Assembly (NCBI GenBank): GCA_963675755.2
Contig: CAXXMD010000003.1
Coordinates: 224,001-288,000, forward strand
Direction: 5' to 3'
Source: a bacterium
GTDB taxonomy: Bacteria > Zhuqueibacterota > Zhuqueibacteria > Residuimicrobiales > Krinioviventaceae
Length of the DNA: 64,000 nucleotides
The notes under the pieces: generated by a model
The model's database searches: none
What the model was told of the DNA's origin: nothing
The model's input: the letters and a program-made list of their open reading frames with translations, nothing else
Part shown: one piece after another, positions 49,015-58,398 of the stretch
Position numbering within the stretch: position 1 is the stretch's first letter
Layout: every line of letters starts with the position of its first letter
Translations under genes and position numbers: made by a program

Positions 49015-49452
49015 TTACAATACGTAAAAATCCAAACCGCCCAAAACAATTAAAATAGCGGTTAAAACCATTGCCAGAATAAAAAACGGACGCTGTCTGC
49101 GTACCGCATTGGTATACGGAATGACCGGACGCCTGGGCTTACCCATCAACATTCCCAATTCTGTAAAGAGCAAACGTAAACCATTTAATGCATGGTAAGC
49201 AAATGCAACAAAGACTAAAAATTCACCAAATTTAAAAAAAGGAGTTTCCAAAGCATGCATTGTTTGGTCCCATGCCTCCTGGCCCCAAATTCGGGTACCT
49301 GTTGCAAAAATATGTAAAATAAAATACAATAAAATACCCAAACCTGTGAGACGGTGCAGGCTGTATGCATATCGCTCCATTCCATAGCGTCCACCGCCAA
49401 GCCAGCCCCACAGACCAAGATTATTTTTCTGTTTTTTTATCTCTTGATTCAT
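49015..49452 (-). CDS. sdhC: Succinate dehydrogenase cytochrome b subunit
   Basis: LHRLTG, YHALNGLR; start at ATG 49452 (GGAG RBS) or 49464. Confidence 0.9.
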   Translation of the reverse strand: MNQEIKKQKNNLGLWGWLGGGRYGMERYAYSLHRLTGLGILLYFILHIFATGTRIWGQEAWDQTMHALETPFFKFGEFLVFVAFAYHALNGLRLLFTELGMLMGKPRRPVIPYTNAVRRQRPFFILAMVLTAILIVLGGLDFYVL

Positions 49453-49466
49453 AGTAAGCTCCATGA

Positions 49467-51185
49467 TTAATACTTGCGTTCAACGGGTTTCCAGGTAGAT
49501 ATTACAACCGGCTTGTAAGAAAATTCAATACCACCGTCTTTGGGTGTTGCCAAAGTATGCTTTAACCAGTTATCATCATCCCGAACAGGATAATCACGTC
49601 GGGCATGCGCTCCACGGGTTTCTTTTCTTTCCAACCCTCCTGCAACCATAACCTCTGCCAATTCCAGTAAATTCATAAGCTCTAAAGCGTGGATTAAATT
49701 GGTATTATAAGCGCCTGATTTATCCTGTATATTTATTTTTTTGTAACGCTGTTTCAATTCTTTGATTTTATTTAATGCCGTTTCCATCCCCTCCTGTGTT
49801 CTGAAAACGCCAACATTTAAATCCATTGTTGAACGCAATTCGCGTCGAAGTTCATACAGGTTTTCTTCACCATCCATGGCTCGGATCTCATCGGTAACCC
49901 ATTTAACTTCTTCATTAAACCGCTTTTCGGATACCTTGGGCATTCCTGTTTGATCAGCACAATAATGTGCAGCCTGCTCACCCACAATTTTACCCCATAC
50001 CAGACACTCGGCGGTAGAGTTTGAACCCAGCCGGTTTGCTCCATGCAGACTTACGCATGCAGCTTCACCCGCTGCCCAAATTCCGGGAATACGTGTTGCC
50101 CCATCTATATCGGTTTCAATTCCACCCATGGAGTAATGCGCCACAGCACGACATGGGATAGGCTCCTTTATAGGATCCAGGTCATTGTAATGCAAACACA
50201 CTTCTCTGATCAATGGCAGCCTGTCATTTATCTTGTCTGCACCTAAATGACGCAAATCCAGATAAATATAATCCAGACCACCCGGGCCTTTAAATCCACG
50301 GCCGGCTTCAATTTCTTTAATTTCAGAACGCGACACCATGTCACGCGGAGCAAGTTCCATACGCTCCGGCGCGTATTCTTTCATAAAACGCTCACCCTCA
50401 CTATTGACAAGGTAACCGCCCTCACCACGACAGGCCTCGGTCATTAAAATACCGGAAGGAACCAAACCTGTAGGATGAAATTGTACAAATTCCATATCTT
50501 CCAATGGAATTCCTGCACGGTAAGCCAATGCAAGTCCGTCACCGGTAACAGTTTGAGAGTAGGTTGTAAAACCAAACAAGGTACCACTACCACCACTGGC
50601 AATAACAAGACCTTTACCACGGATCAGGTTAAACTCTCCACTTGCCATATTGAATGCCGTCAATCCCTGGAATTGATTATCTTCAACAATAATGGAGGTT
50701 ACAAAAAACTCGTTATAATGGGTTACATTGTCATATTTTAACAATGTATCGTACAGGGTCTGCAGTTCAAAAAATCCTGTTTTGTCTGCGGCCAATACAG
50801 CACGGGGATAACTGTGCCCGCCAAAGGGACGCTGTGCAATTTTACCGTCTTCCCAGCGGGTCCACGGAATTCCCCAATGTTCAAGCTGGCGAATCTCATC
50901 AGGAATGATACGCACAAAACGATGCACTACATCCTGGTCTGCAAGGAAATCACTACCTTTAACTGTATCCCAGGCGTGAAGATCAAAACTGTCTCCCTTG
51001 TCAAGACGCAAAACCGCTGCGGTTCCGCCTTCGGCGGCTACAGAATGGGCACGCATCATTTGATTTTTTGTGATAATTGCAATTTTCAACTTTCCCTCAG
51101 ACTGCCGTGACGCCTCAATAGCTGTGCGTAAACCCGCAAGTCCTGCACCAAAGATGACCAGATCGTGATCAAGGACATTTAGCAT
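49467..51185 (-). CDS. sdhA: Succinate dehydrogenase/fumarate reductase flavoprotein
   Basis: GAGLAG, RAHSVAAEGG, QFHPTG, ELAPRD, HYSMGG, HGANRLGSNS. Confidence 0.96.
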   Translation of the reverse strand: MLNVLDHDLVIFGAGLAGLRTAIEASRQSEGKLKIAIITKNQMMRAHSVAAEGGTAAVLRLDKGDSFDLHAWDTVKGSDFLADQDVVHRFVRIIPDEIRQLEHWGIPWTRWEDGKIAQRPFGGHSYPRAVLAADKTGFFELQTLYDTLLKYDNVTHYNEFFVTSIIVEDNQFQGLTAFNMASGEFNLIRGKGLVIASGGSGTLFGFTTYSQTVTGDGLALAYRAGIPLEDMEFVQFHPTGLVPSGILMTEACRGEGGYLVNSEGERFMKEYAPERMELAPRDMVSRSEIKEIEAGRGFKGPGGLDYIYLDLRHLGADKINDRLPLIREVCLHYNDLDPIKEPIPCRAVAHYSMGGIETDIDGATRIPGIWAAGEAACVSLHGANRLGSNSTAECLVWGKIVGEQAAHYCADQTGMPKVSEKRFNEEVKWVTDEIRAMDGEENLYELRRELRSTMDLNVGVFRTQEGMETALNKIKELKQRYKKINIQDKSGAYNTNLIHALELMNLLELAEVMVAGGLERKETRGAHARRDYPVRDDDNWLKHTLATPKDGGIEFSYKPVVISTWKPVERKY

Positions 51186-51476
51186 GAATACCTCCGAAAA
51201 AATATCAAAAGGATAAATGATGGTATGGTATCATAAAGAATTTTGATAAAACATGGAAAACTTTGCAAGTGGGGAACCATACTCTTTACCAAGTTTTAAA
51301 ACATAGGTACAATAATGTTATGGTGTTCTCTACAAGATAGTATTCTTCTATACTGTTGTCAAGGGAATTTTAGACTTTTCGCTAAATATGTACAATTTAA
51401 CCGGGAATATTTGTTTTTTCTTGCGTATTCAAGCAGAGATTGCTATACTACGTATGGGACAATGGAGAATTGCGGT

Positions 51477-54400
51477 ATGGATATTTATTTCGAACGGCTG
51501 AAAAACAGGGCCGGTGGTCTGGGTAACCATTACAAAAAGTATATTGTAACCATAGACAAATATCTCGATAAAATGATGGGGCGTCTTGAAATGGCCGGCG
51601 CTTTTGAAAGAGTGCATCTATGGGGAACCGCCCACGACTATGCAGAAGAAATGAATATCATTGCAGAACTGGGTAAGGATGAGCAGGAAAAGCTGGACGA
51701 TCTGGGATGTTATTTTGCTATTCAATTCCTGCAAATGAACATCAATGCGCTCGATGCATTGGTTCTGGAACTCACCCGTAACGAAAACAAACTCCAGGTC
51801 TACAAAACTTTTATGCTTCGCACCGGTCATGATTTCAGATTTCTTACCGCCGCCTATATGGAAAACCTGCTAAAGCTTTACATGCCTCCCGATATTAATC
51901 CGGAATTTGTTTTTCTGGGTGTGGGCACACGTTCCGATCAGGATGATATTGATATTGGTGTTGTAGACAAGGGAGACAAACACCGCGATGTTTTAAACAG
52001 ATGCATCGGTAAAATGAATGCAGAAATGTTTAAAAAAGCCATCAGTTTGCATTTTCACATCTCTGAACATGTTGGTAATGAAACTTCATATTCTGCTTCT
52101 ATTGCAGAATACAGCGAACTGCTCGACAATGAAATTCATGATTTTGTTATCATAACCGAGATGCTTGGCGCCGCCAGAATACTTGGCAGTCGTAAACTCT
52201 TTTTTGATTTCAGGCAAAATATAACTTCCCGTTATTATTATTACAATTCGGAAAGCAAAGGGCTTAAATTTCATGAAGGTTATCTGAGGGGAATCGTTGG
52301 TGAGACACGATCTTTTATGTTTAGAGAGCTGTCAAAAAAAATGATCAATCCCAAAACCGATGGCCTCAGAATGATCAAGGGATTGCTTTACGCTGCAAAA
52401 ACTATATATTATCTCCGCCAGGTAAATTCCTGGGCAATTCTGGACGAGTTATCACACAAAGATAAACGCAGAAGTCATTTATTTGCAAACCTGGAATGGC
52501 CACTCACATTTTTAGAGGTATTTCGCTACCTGTACCAGCTATTAATAGCGCAGGAAGAAGAAATATATCTCAACGACAGGGGCACAAAACACAATCTCGA
52601 TCAGATTGCAGAATTAATGGGTTACAAATCCATAGGTGCGGCATCCGCAACCGACTTTCTATTAACTGATTATTATAAAAATATAATGCAGGCTAAAAGC
52701 ACTGTAAAAAGCCTGGTGCCTTTTGCGGTTCAACACCTGGAATCTATTACTATCTTTGGTAAAGTGCTGCGCCATAAAAAAGTAACAGAAGAAGGTGAAA
52801 AACGTATTGGTAATCTTGCTGAACGTTTTTTAAAAGAAACCCTGTTTTTCAGAGGAACACGGTTCTGGGATGACATAATCACCGTACTGGACAGTAAAAA
52901 TGGCCGGGTATTGAAACGATTGGCAAATGATATAAACGCGCTTCCGGAAGATAAAAAAGAAAAAATCCTGGAAAAATTTAACCACTGGGGTTGGAATTCG
53001 TTTATCTCTCTATTTTCCTTGATTACGTTGTTTTACAAATACAGATATGAAATACCTGATCCTACGCTATATTCTCAATTAAATAAAATATTCTTTAAAC
53101 GTCTGATTGTTGCGGAAGAAATTGCGCAGAGAATCAGTACTGTATTTACACACTTTCCCCAGCTATTACATGAATATGTTTCACTGCTCAGTGAAGATCA
53201 GCAACGTAAATTATATCTTTCATTAGATTATAATGTTTGGGACAAAGAAGTAGAACCCGCCAGAGACAGACTGCGATACTTGCTGAAACTCTATTTTAGC
53301 ACCGGCAAGTATTACAAATTACGCATGAAATCTGTTTTGGCAAAGCATTCAGCGTACCTGAACTATCTTGACAGCTTTGAACAACTCTCACTTATTGGTA
53401 AAGGCACACTGGCAGAAGCAGAACGGACCAAACAAACCCGACAAAAATTTGCTCATTTAAAGTCTTATCACGAGTTTGAATTCTTTCGCGTTGGCATGGT
53501 TGCGCTTCACGAGACATCTTCCGTTGGCATTTCTGTGCAATACACAGATTTTTCAGACAATTATCTTCGTCTGCTGTTCGATACTTGTAAAAAGGAAGAA
53601 GACGAAAACCGTGGTTACAAAATCAAAACCCGCGACTTGCTGGGCGTTTTTGTAACTGGCGGACAGGGACAAATGCAGGCGTTTGATGATGATTATGATC
53701 TCATTATATTGCTCAACTCGGATGACAAGAATATACAAAATTATTGCTTCCATATCATAAAGAGAATGCACAAAGAGATCTTGAAATGCGGAATCCTTCC
53801 GCATTACCGCCTTGCGGATCTGATTGGAAGTTATATCTGCACGTTTTCACAACTGCGTTCAGTCCTTATGGATAAAACCTTTGACAGATTTATAGATAAA
53901 GCGCAACTCATTGGTGCCCGTATGATTATAGGCAGCAGTATCTTGCAAAAGGAATTTCAAGACAAACTATTAACTCCCTTTGTCTACAAAGACAAAGAAA
54001 ACTTTAGCTTTGAACTTGTAAATGAGATTGAATCCAGACATAAATATGAATTTGAAAACAAACCCAGCGAAATCAATATCAAAGAAACCAAAGGTGGTAT
54101 TAGAGATATTGAATTATTATTGTGTTTGTTTAGAGCAATATATCAGATACAGGAACCTTCAAATTTTAAACTGTTTATTTTACTACAGTCTATTTTACCC
54201 AATTACGCCCACGAGTTTAAAAAACTGTTCAGATCCTATGACTTTTTGCGCCGGATGCGCATTCTATACAGATTGAGTGTATCTGCGGAAGATAATATAG
54301 AGCAGGAACATTTGGCACAAGTCTTGGAGAATATGTCTCACCAGAATAAAAAGCTAACCCCTGAATTGTTGTTCAAAAGAATACAGAGCACAACCCGCTC

Positions 54401-54503
54401 TGTAAACCGAACAAACCAAAATATAATTCACAAAGTTATTCTGCCCCAAATTGCAGGGCAGAATAACAAAAATCTATCAATTAAAAAGAATAAGAAGCGG
54501 TAA
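51477..54503 (+). CDS. Divergent GlnE/GlnD-like protein with two nucleotidyltransferase domains
   Basis: FLGVGTRSDQDDIDIGVV and VTGGQGQMQAFDDDYDLIILL NT motifs; ARILG/ARMIIG; INIKETKGGIRDIE; YDFLRR. Start at ATG 51477 behind GGAG. Confidence 0.7.
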   Translation: MDIYFERLKNRAGGLGNHYKKYIVTIDKYLDKMMGRLEMAGAFERVHLWGTAHDYAEEMNIIAELGKDEQEKLDDLGCYFAIQFLQMNINALDALVLELTRNENKLQVYKTFMLRTGHDFRFLTAAYMENLLKLYMPPDINPEFVFLGVGTRSDQDDIDIGVVDKGDKHRDVLNRCIGKMNAEMFKKAISLHFHISEHVGNETSYSASIAEYSELLDNEIHDFVIITEMLGAARILGSRKLFFDFRQNITSRYYYYNSESKGLKFHEGYLRGIVGETRSFMFRELSKKMINPKTDGLRMIKGLLYAAKTIYYLRQVNSWAILDELSHKDKRRSHLFANLEWPLTFLEVFRYLYQLLIAQEEEIYLNDRGTKHNLDQIAELMGYKSIGAASATDFLLTDYYKNIMQAKSTVKSLVPFAVQHLESITIFGKVLRHKKVTEEGEKRIGNLAERFLKETLFFRGTRFWDDIITVLDSKNGRVLKRLANDINALPEDKKEKILEKFNHWGWNSFISLFSLITLFYKYRYEIPDPTLYSQLNKIFFKRLIVAEEIAQRISTVFTHFPQLLHEYVSLLSEDQQRKLYLSLDYNVWDKEVEPARDRLRYLLKLYFSTGKYYKLRMKSVLAKHSAYLNYLDSFEQLSLIGKGTLAEAERTKQTRQKFAHLKSYHEFEFFRVGMVALHETSSVGISVQYTDFSDNYLRLLFDTCKKEEDENRGYKIKTRDLLGVFVTGGQGQMQAFDDDYDLIILLNSDDKNIQNYCFHIIKRMHKEILKCGILPHYRLADLIGSYICTFSQLRSVLMDKTFDRFIDKAQLIGARMIIGSSILQKEFQDKLLTPFVYKDKENFSFELVNEIESRHKYEFENKPSEINIKETKGGIRDIELLLCLFRAIYQIQEPSNFKLFILLQSILPNYAHEFKKLFRSYDFLRRMRILYRLSVSAEDNIEQEHLAQVLENMSHQNKKLTPELLFKRIQSTTRSVNRTNQNIIHKVILPQIAGQNNKNLSIKKNKKR

Positions 54504-55263
54504 CAATTAAACCTTGAACGCGGATATTTTCCTGGTATTCTTCGCCATCCATATCTTCAAAGGTTTCAGTAAACAAGTCTGCACGGTAACCGGCGTTAAT
54601 GCCAAAGCCTGATGGAAAACGATAACCAACACCCAGGTTAATGGCTGCCAATGCCGCGCTGATATCTTCATCTTCTTCGCTTTCAGAGTAATTATCACTG
54701 GTATAAGTGTATTCCGGTGTCATTGAACCACCCATGCCTGCAAGAGAACCAAACAGGTATAATCCTTCAGAACCCAAAGGAATAACACCGGAAAGGCCTA
54801 AACCATACAGCATACCGCTTTCATCATACTCGATAGAGGTTGAACCACCATAGTAATCTTCAAATGAATAGTCCCAACCCAAGTTCAGATATTTTGCGCC
54901 AACAAAAATATTAATGTAACGATGAATTCTATAACCGAGAGTAAAATTCATGTCATTACGGCTCATATCAAAAGATTCACCCTGGCCTAATTCTTCACCA
55001 AGCACTTGCATATCATCAATGGGAAAAGTTCCCCACAACAGAGAGGCTCCAAAATTAACCTTGCCATGATTAATGCTGATATATGGACCAAAATTATTTC
55101 CATTGCCAATATCTGCAATTTTTTCACCGTCTTCGTCTTCAGAACTATAAGCTGCATTCCACCAGCTTCCGCCAAGTGTTACAATGGTGTTTTGTGCATA
55201 AATAGCACTAGAGAAAATAAAACATAGTACCAGAATGAATAATGTCAGCATGTTGCGTTTCAT
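54481..55263 (-). CDS. Outer-membrane beta-barrel protein
   Basis: Signal peptide, alternating strands (LGVGYRF, INAGYR), C-terminal SYSF; start at ATG 55263 behind GGAGG. Confidence 0.75.
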   Translation of the reverse strand: MKRNMLTLFILVLCFIFSSAIYAQNTIVTLGGSWWNAAYSSEDEDGEKIADIGNGNNFGPYISINHGKVNFGASLLWGTFPIDDMQVLGEELGQGESFDMSRNDMNFTLGYRIHRYINIFVGAKYLNLGWDYSFEDYYGGSTSIEYDESGMLYGLGLSGVIPLGSEGLYLFGSLAGMGGSMTPEYTYTSDNYSESEEDEDISAALAAINLGVGYRFPSGFGINAGYRADLFTETFEDMDGEEYQENIRVQGLIVTASYSF

Positions 55264-55278
55264 GATGCCCTCCATCAA

Positions 55279-56136
55279 TTAAAATACGGGTGGTAAATCC
55301 ACCGGTTTGTCTTTTTTTGATTCTTCTTTACTTTTTGGACGTGGTTTTTGTTGCTCCGGTTGTTCCTGAGGTTTTTCTTTTGGTGGTGCACTTATAACCG
55401 AAGTAGTTAAACGTACATTATCACCCAGGTGAATCATTGTTTTAACCCGAACAATCTGGGCTTCGCTATATTCTTTTTTTACATTTACAATTTTAATAAA
55501 TCCGATTTTATCTTCAGCACGGCCAACCGCTGAGCCACTAAGATCGGTAATAACATCACCAATCCGAACAACTTCAAGTACTTGCCCCACTTTAATGCCA
55601 TGAATGCTGCCAAGGTCAACCAAAATATTACTTTCAGTAACTTTGATAATTTTACCTTCAACAATCACTTTTTGAGAAATAACACTAACCAACTCTTTAA
55701 TTGCGGTAGGCAGGCCATCTTCCCCATTGGTAGTTTTGGTGTTCTCTGCAAGCTCAAGTACACCTGTTTCCACATCAACCAGACGTGTGTTGATAATGTA
55801 TGTACTCCCTAAACGGCTTACACTCCCAATCATGATTTTTTCTACATTCAAGAGTTTACCAATTTCGGCAGCTTTGTCCATATCCGTCACACCCGTCATT
55901 TGAAGCTGCTGTTCCTCAAGCACACGGGTCATTGCCTGACGTTCAATTACCTCAAACCGGTTGGTGTTAAACAACTCTGTTCCCATAATGTCAGCAACAG
56001 CCTCTGCTGTTTCCGGGTTTACATTTTTGGCTTCAAAATCCAACACTGCTATTCGTGTTTTATTTTGGGCCATTACCGGCAAGCTGATCAAACAAATCAG
56101 TATAGTACACAGTAAATCTCGATGTAATTTTTTCAT
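55279..56136 (-). CDS. CsgG/TolB-N-like domain protein with FlgT-C-like domain
   Basis: RIAVLDF, FEVIERQAM...LEEQ, AAEIGKLLNV, RLVDVETG; then VDLGSIHGIKVG. Confidence 0.8.
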   Translation of the reverse strand: MKKLHRDLLCTILICLISLPVMAQNKTRIAVLDFEAKNVNPETAEAVADIMGTELFNTNRFEVIERQAMTRVLEEQQLQMTGVTDMDKAAEIGKLLNVEKIMIGSVSRLGSTYIINTRLVDVETGVLELAENTKTTNGEDGLPTAIKELVSVISQKVIVEGKIIKVTESNILVDLGSIHGIKVGQVLEVVRIGDVITDLSGSAVGRAEDKIGFIKIVNVKKEYSEAQIVRVKTMIHLGDNVRLTTSVISAPPKEKPQEQPEQQKPRPKSKEESKKDKPVDLPPVF

Positions 56137-56319
56137 TTTTTTCTCTTCTGGTTACAAACAGATTTCTACCTGTGTGAAATATAAACAGACAACCCAATAT
56201 ATACAAGAGATAATTGAATTGTTGTGACACAGAACAAATTTTATCATTAAAAAAAAATTTCAATCATTCTAATAACAGTAGCCCCCTACTATTCATTCCC
56301 TTATAGATGCCAAATACTA

Positions 56320-56910
56320 TTAATAATTCTCGTTTTCAACAAACTCTGCCAGCCTGTCTCGCAATGCAAGACGTGCCCGATGCAGATTTGATTTAACGGC
56401 AGCAAGGCTCATTTCTGTCATTTCAGATATTTCTTTCAAGGAAAAGCCCTCAATATCTTTGAGGACAAATACACTGCGGAACTTGGGGGGAAGGTCTTCT
56501 ATCGCCTCTTCCATCTCTTTTTTCAATTCATTATTCATCACCGAACGCAAAGGGTTCACTCCTAAGGAATCGTTGAACACTTTGAGCGTTTCAGGCTTAA
56601 TATGGGTTTCCGAATCGTCCAGATTATCCATCTGCTTTTTCTTTCCCCGCAGGCGCATAAGCGCAAAGTTTGTAGCTATTCGGTAAATCCAGGTTGAAAG
56701 AGAGGATTGTCCTTTAAAATCAGGAATGGCTTGAAATACTTTTAAAAAAGTTTCCTGTAATACACATTCAGCCTCCTGCTCATTAGCAAGCAGCTTTAGT
56801 GCAGTATTAAACACCAAGCCTTCATTCTCGGCCACAATTTGAGAAAGGGCTTGTCTGTCTCCCTGCTTTGCTTTTTCTACAAGAATATTTTCTGATTCAA
56901 AATTGGACAT
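56320..56910 (-). CDS. ECF sigma-70 factor
   Basis: QETFLKV, FKGQSSLSTWIYRIATN, LPPKFRSVFVLKDIEGFSLKEIS, VKSNLHRAR. Confidence 0.95.
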   Translation of the reverse strand: MSNFESENILVEKAKQGDRQALSQIVAENEGLVFNTALKLLANEQEAECVLQETFLKVFQAIPDFKGQSSLSTWIYRIATNFALMRLRGKKKQMDNLDDSETHIKPETLKVFNDSLGVNPLRSVMNNELKKEMEEAIEDLPPKFRSVFVLKDIEGFSLKEISEMTEMSLAAVKSNLHRARLALRDRLAEFVENENY

Positions 56911-56945
56911 CTTGACCTGTCATTTAATTCACTCAAGATGTCCAA
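56903..56945 (-). promoter_or_regulatory. 13-bp inverted repeat covering the ECF start codon
   Basis: TTGGACATCTTGA-N17-TCAAGATGTCCAA; the ATG (56908-56910) lies inside one arm. Confidence 0.55.
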
Positions 56946-57008
56946 AATAGGTAAATTTTTTCTATAATTCAAGTATTTTTCAAAACACAAATGGATAAAA
57001 GCAGATTT

Positions 57009-57440
57009 TTAGTTCGTGTTGCTTTCGCTTGGAAAAATTTCATATTCAATATCAATATCAACTGCTTTTTTCAACATGGCAGAAGCAGAACAATATGTAC
57101 CCTCTGACAATTCTATTGCTCGTTTTACATCGGCTTCTTTAATATCGTTTCCCCAAAATTTAAAAATCAATTTCACGCTGGTAAATACTTTGGGATGCTC
57201 ATCCGCACGTTCTGCTTCTATATGGCACTCGTATTTCTCTACATTATTTCGTTTTTTCTTTAATATAGAGATTACATCCATTGATGTACAACCACCCAAG
57301 CCCATCAAAAATAACTCGATAGGCTTTGTACCAGCATCCGAGCCACCCATCATTTTGGGACCATCCATCATTACCCAGTGCCCGGAATCGGCTTTACCTG
57401 CCAGTGTTAATCCTTCTACTTGTTTAATTTCTATCTTCAT
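57009..57440 (-). CDS. OsmC/YhfA-family protein
   Basis: KPIELFLMGLGGCTSMDV, HPKVFT, AIELSEGTYCSAS. Confidence 0.92.
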   Translation of the reverse strand: MKIEIKQVEGLTLAGKADSGHWVMMDGPKMMGGSDAGTKPIELFLMGLGGCTSMDVISILKKKRNNVEKYECHIEAERADEHPKVFTSVKLIFKFWGNDIKEADVKRAIELSEGTYCSASAMLKKAVDIDIEYEIFPSESNTN

Positions 57441-57464
57441 TATCAATTTCCATTAATTTTATTT

Positions 57465-58019
57465 TTACTTTTTCAACAAGGCCAAAATATCAGACTCGAA
57501 CACGCTTTTATCATTGTAACCAATATATTTTTTATAAACCTGACCTTTTTGATCGATAACAAAAGTTGTAGGAATACTTCGTATAGGACCAAAAGTATTC
57601 ATAATTTGATCATTGGCCATAGCATTTTTATAAGGAATCTGGTATTCATTAATGAATTGTTGTACTGCAGCCGCACCATTTCGGCCAAAAGCAACGCCCA
57701 ATATCTCTAAACCTTTGCCATTATACTCGTTGTATAGTTCAATAAAATGAGGAATTTCTTTTCTACAAGGCGGACACCAGGTATCCCAGAAATCCAAAAT
57801 CAATACTTTGCCTTTAAAATCTGTCAACTGATAAGATTCGCCGGAAAGTGATGAAACGGTAAAATTGCTTACTCCGGCCTTGCTGCTTGTTTGTGCCGTA
57901 TTGCTCGTATTTGCTTTTGCCTGGTCCGGATGACTTTCATTCTTGCTGCATGAGGAAAGACCAATTACAAACACAGCTGCCAACATAACTACCAGTATAT
58001 TTCTCACTGTTTTTTTCAT
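57465..58019 (-). CDS. TlpA/ResA thiol-disulfide oxidoreductase lipoprotein
   Basis: Lipobox LSSC; GKVLILDFWDTWCPPCRKEIP; IPTTFVID. Confidence 0.93.
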   Translation of the reverse strand: MKKTVRNILVVMLAAVFVIGLSSCSKNESHPDQAKANTSNTAQTSSKAGVSNFTVSSLSGESYQLTDFKGKVLILDFWDTWCPPCRKEIPHFIELYNEYNGKGLEILGVAFGRNGAAAVQQFINEYQIPYKNAMANDQIMNTFGPIRSIPTTFVIDQKGQVYKKYIGYNDKSVFESDILALLKK

Positions 58020-58023
58020 TTCC

Positions 58024-58251
58024 CTAATTCTCCAGTTTTTTATTCATACCTGATTTATCAAAGGTTTGCGTTATTATTTCATCAACATAATTTCTTAGAC
58101 GATTTATAGTCTCGTTATCTCTGCATTCAACGCCCAACTCCATACACATACGGTCTTTGAGCATTTCAGCAATGTTGCGGCTTCGACAGGATTGAATGCG
58201 CTCCTGTATATTTCCGCAATATTTTTCAATTTGAATATTTTTAAATTCCAT
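58024..58251 (-). CDS. Small hypothetical protein with four Cys
   Basis: 75 aa; strong AGGAGG RBS; 4 bp from the TlpA gene. Confidence 0.75.
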   Translation of the reverse strand: MEFKNIQIEKYCGNIQERIQSCRSRNIAEMLKDRMCMELGVECRDNETINRLRNYVDEIITQTFDKSGMNKKLEN

Positions 58252-58275
58252 TTTTCTAACCTCCTGTACATTTCA

Positions 58276-58305
58276 TTAGATGAGGCAGAAAAATAAAAGA
58301 TTCAA
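58276..58305 (-). promoter_or_regulatory. Candidate ECF sigma promoter
   Basis: TTGAATC-N15-TCATCTAA ending 24 nt before the start codon at 58251. Confidence 0.55.
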
Positions 58306-58398
58306 CAAAGGATAGTTTATAATAACACTTTTCATGAAAAATCATAGCTTTTGTTTAAAAAAATCTGTAATTTAGCACAAACATGTAAATTTTATTAA

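Noticed and set aside
56060-56263. Short ORF downstream of the ECF sigma as an anti-sigma factor
   Set aside because: No zinc anti-sigma motif or RBS, and it overlaps the next gene out of frame.
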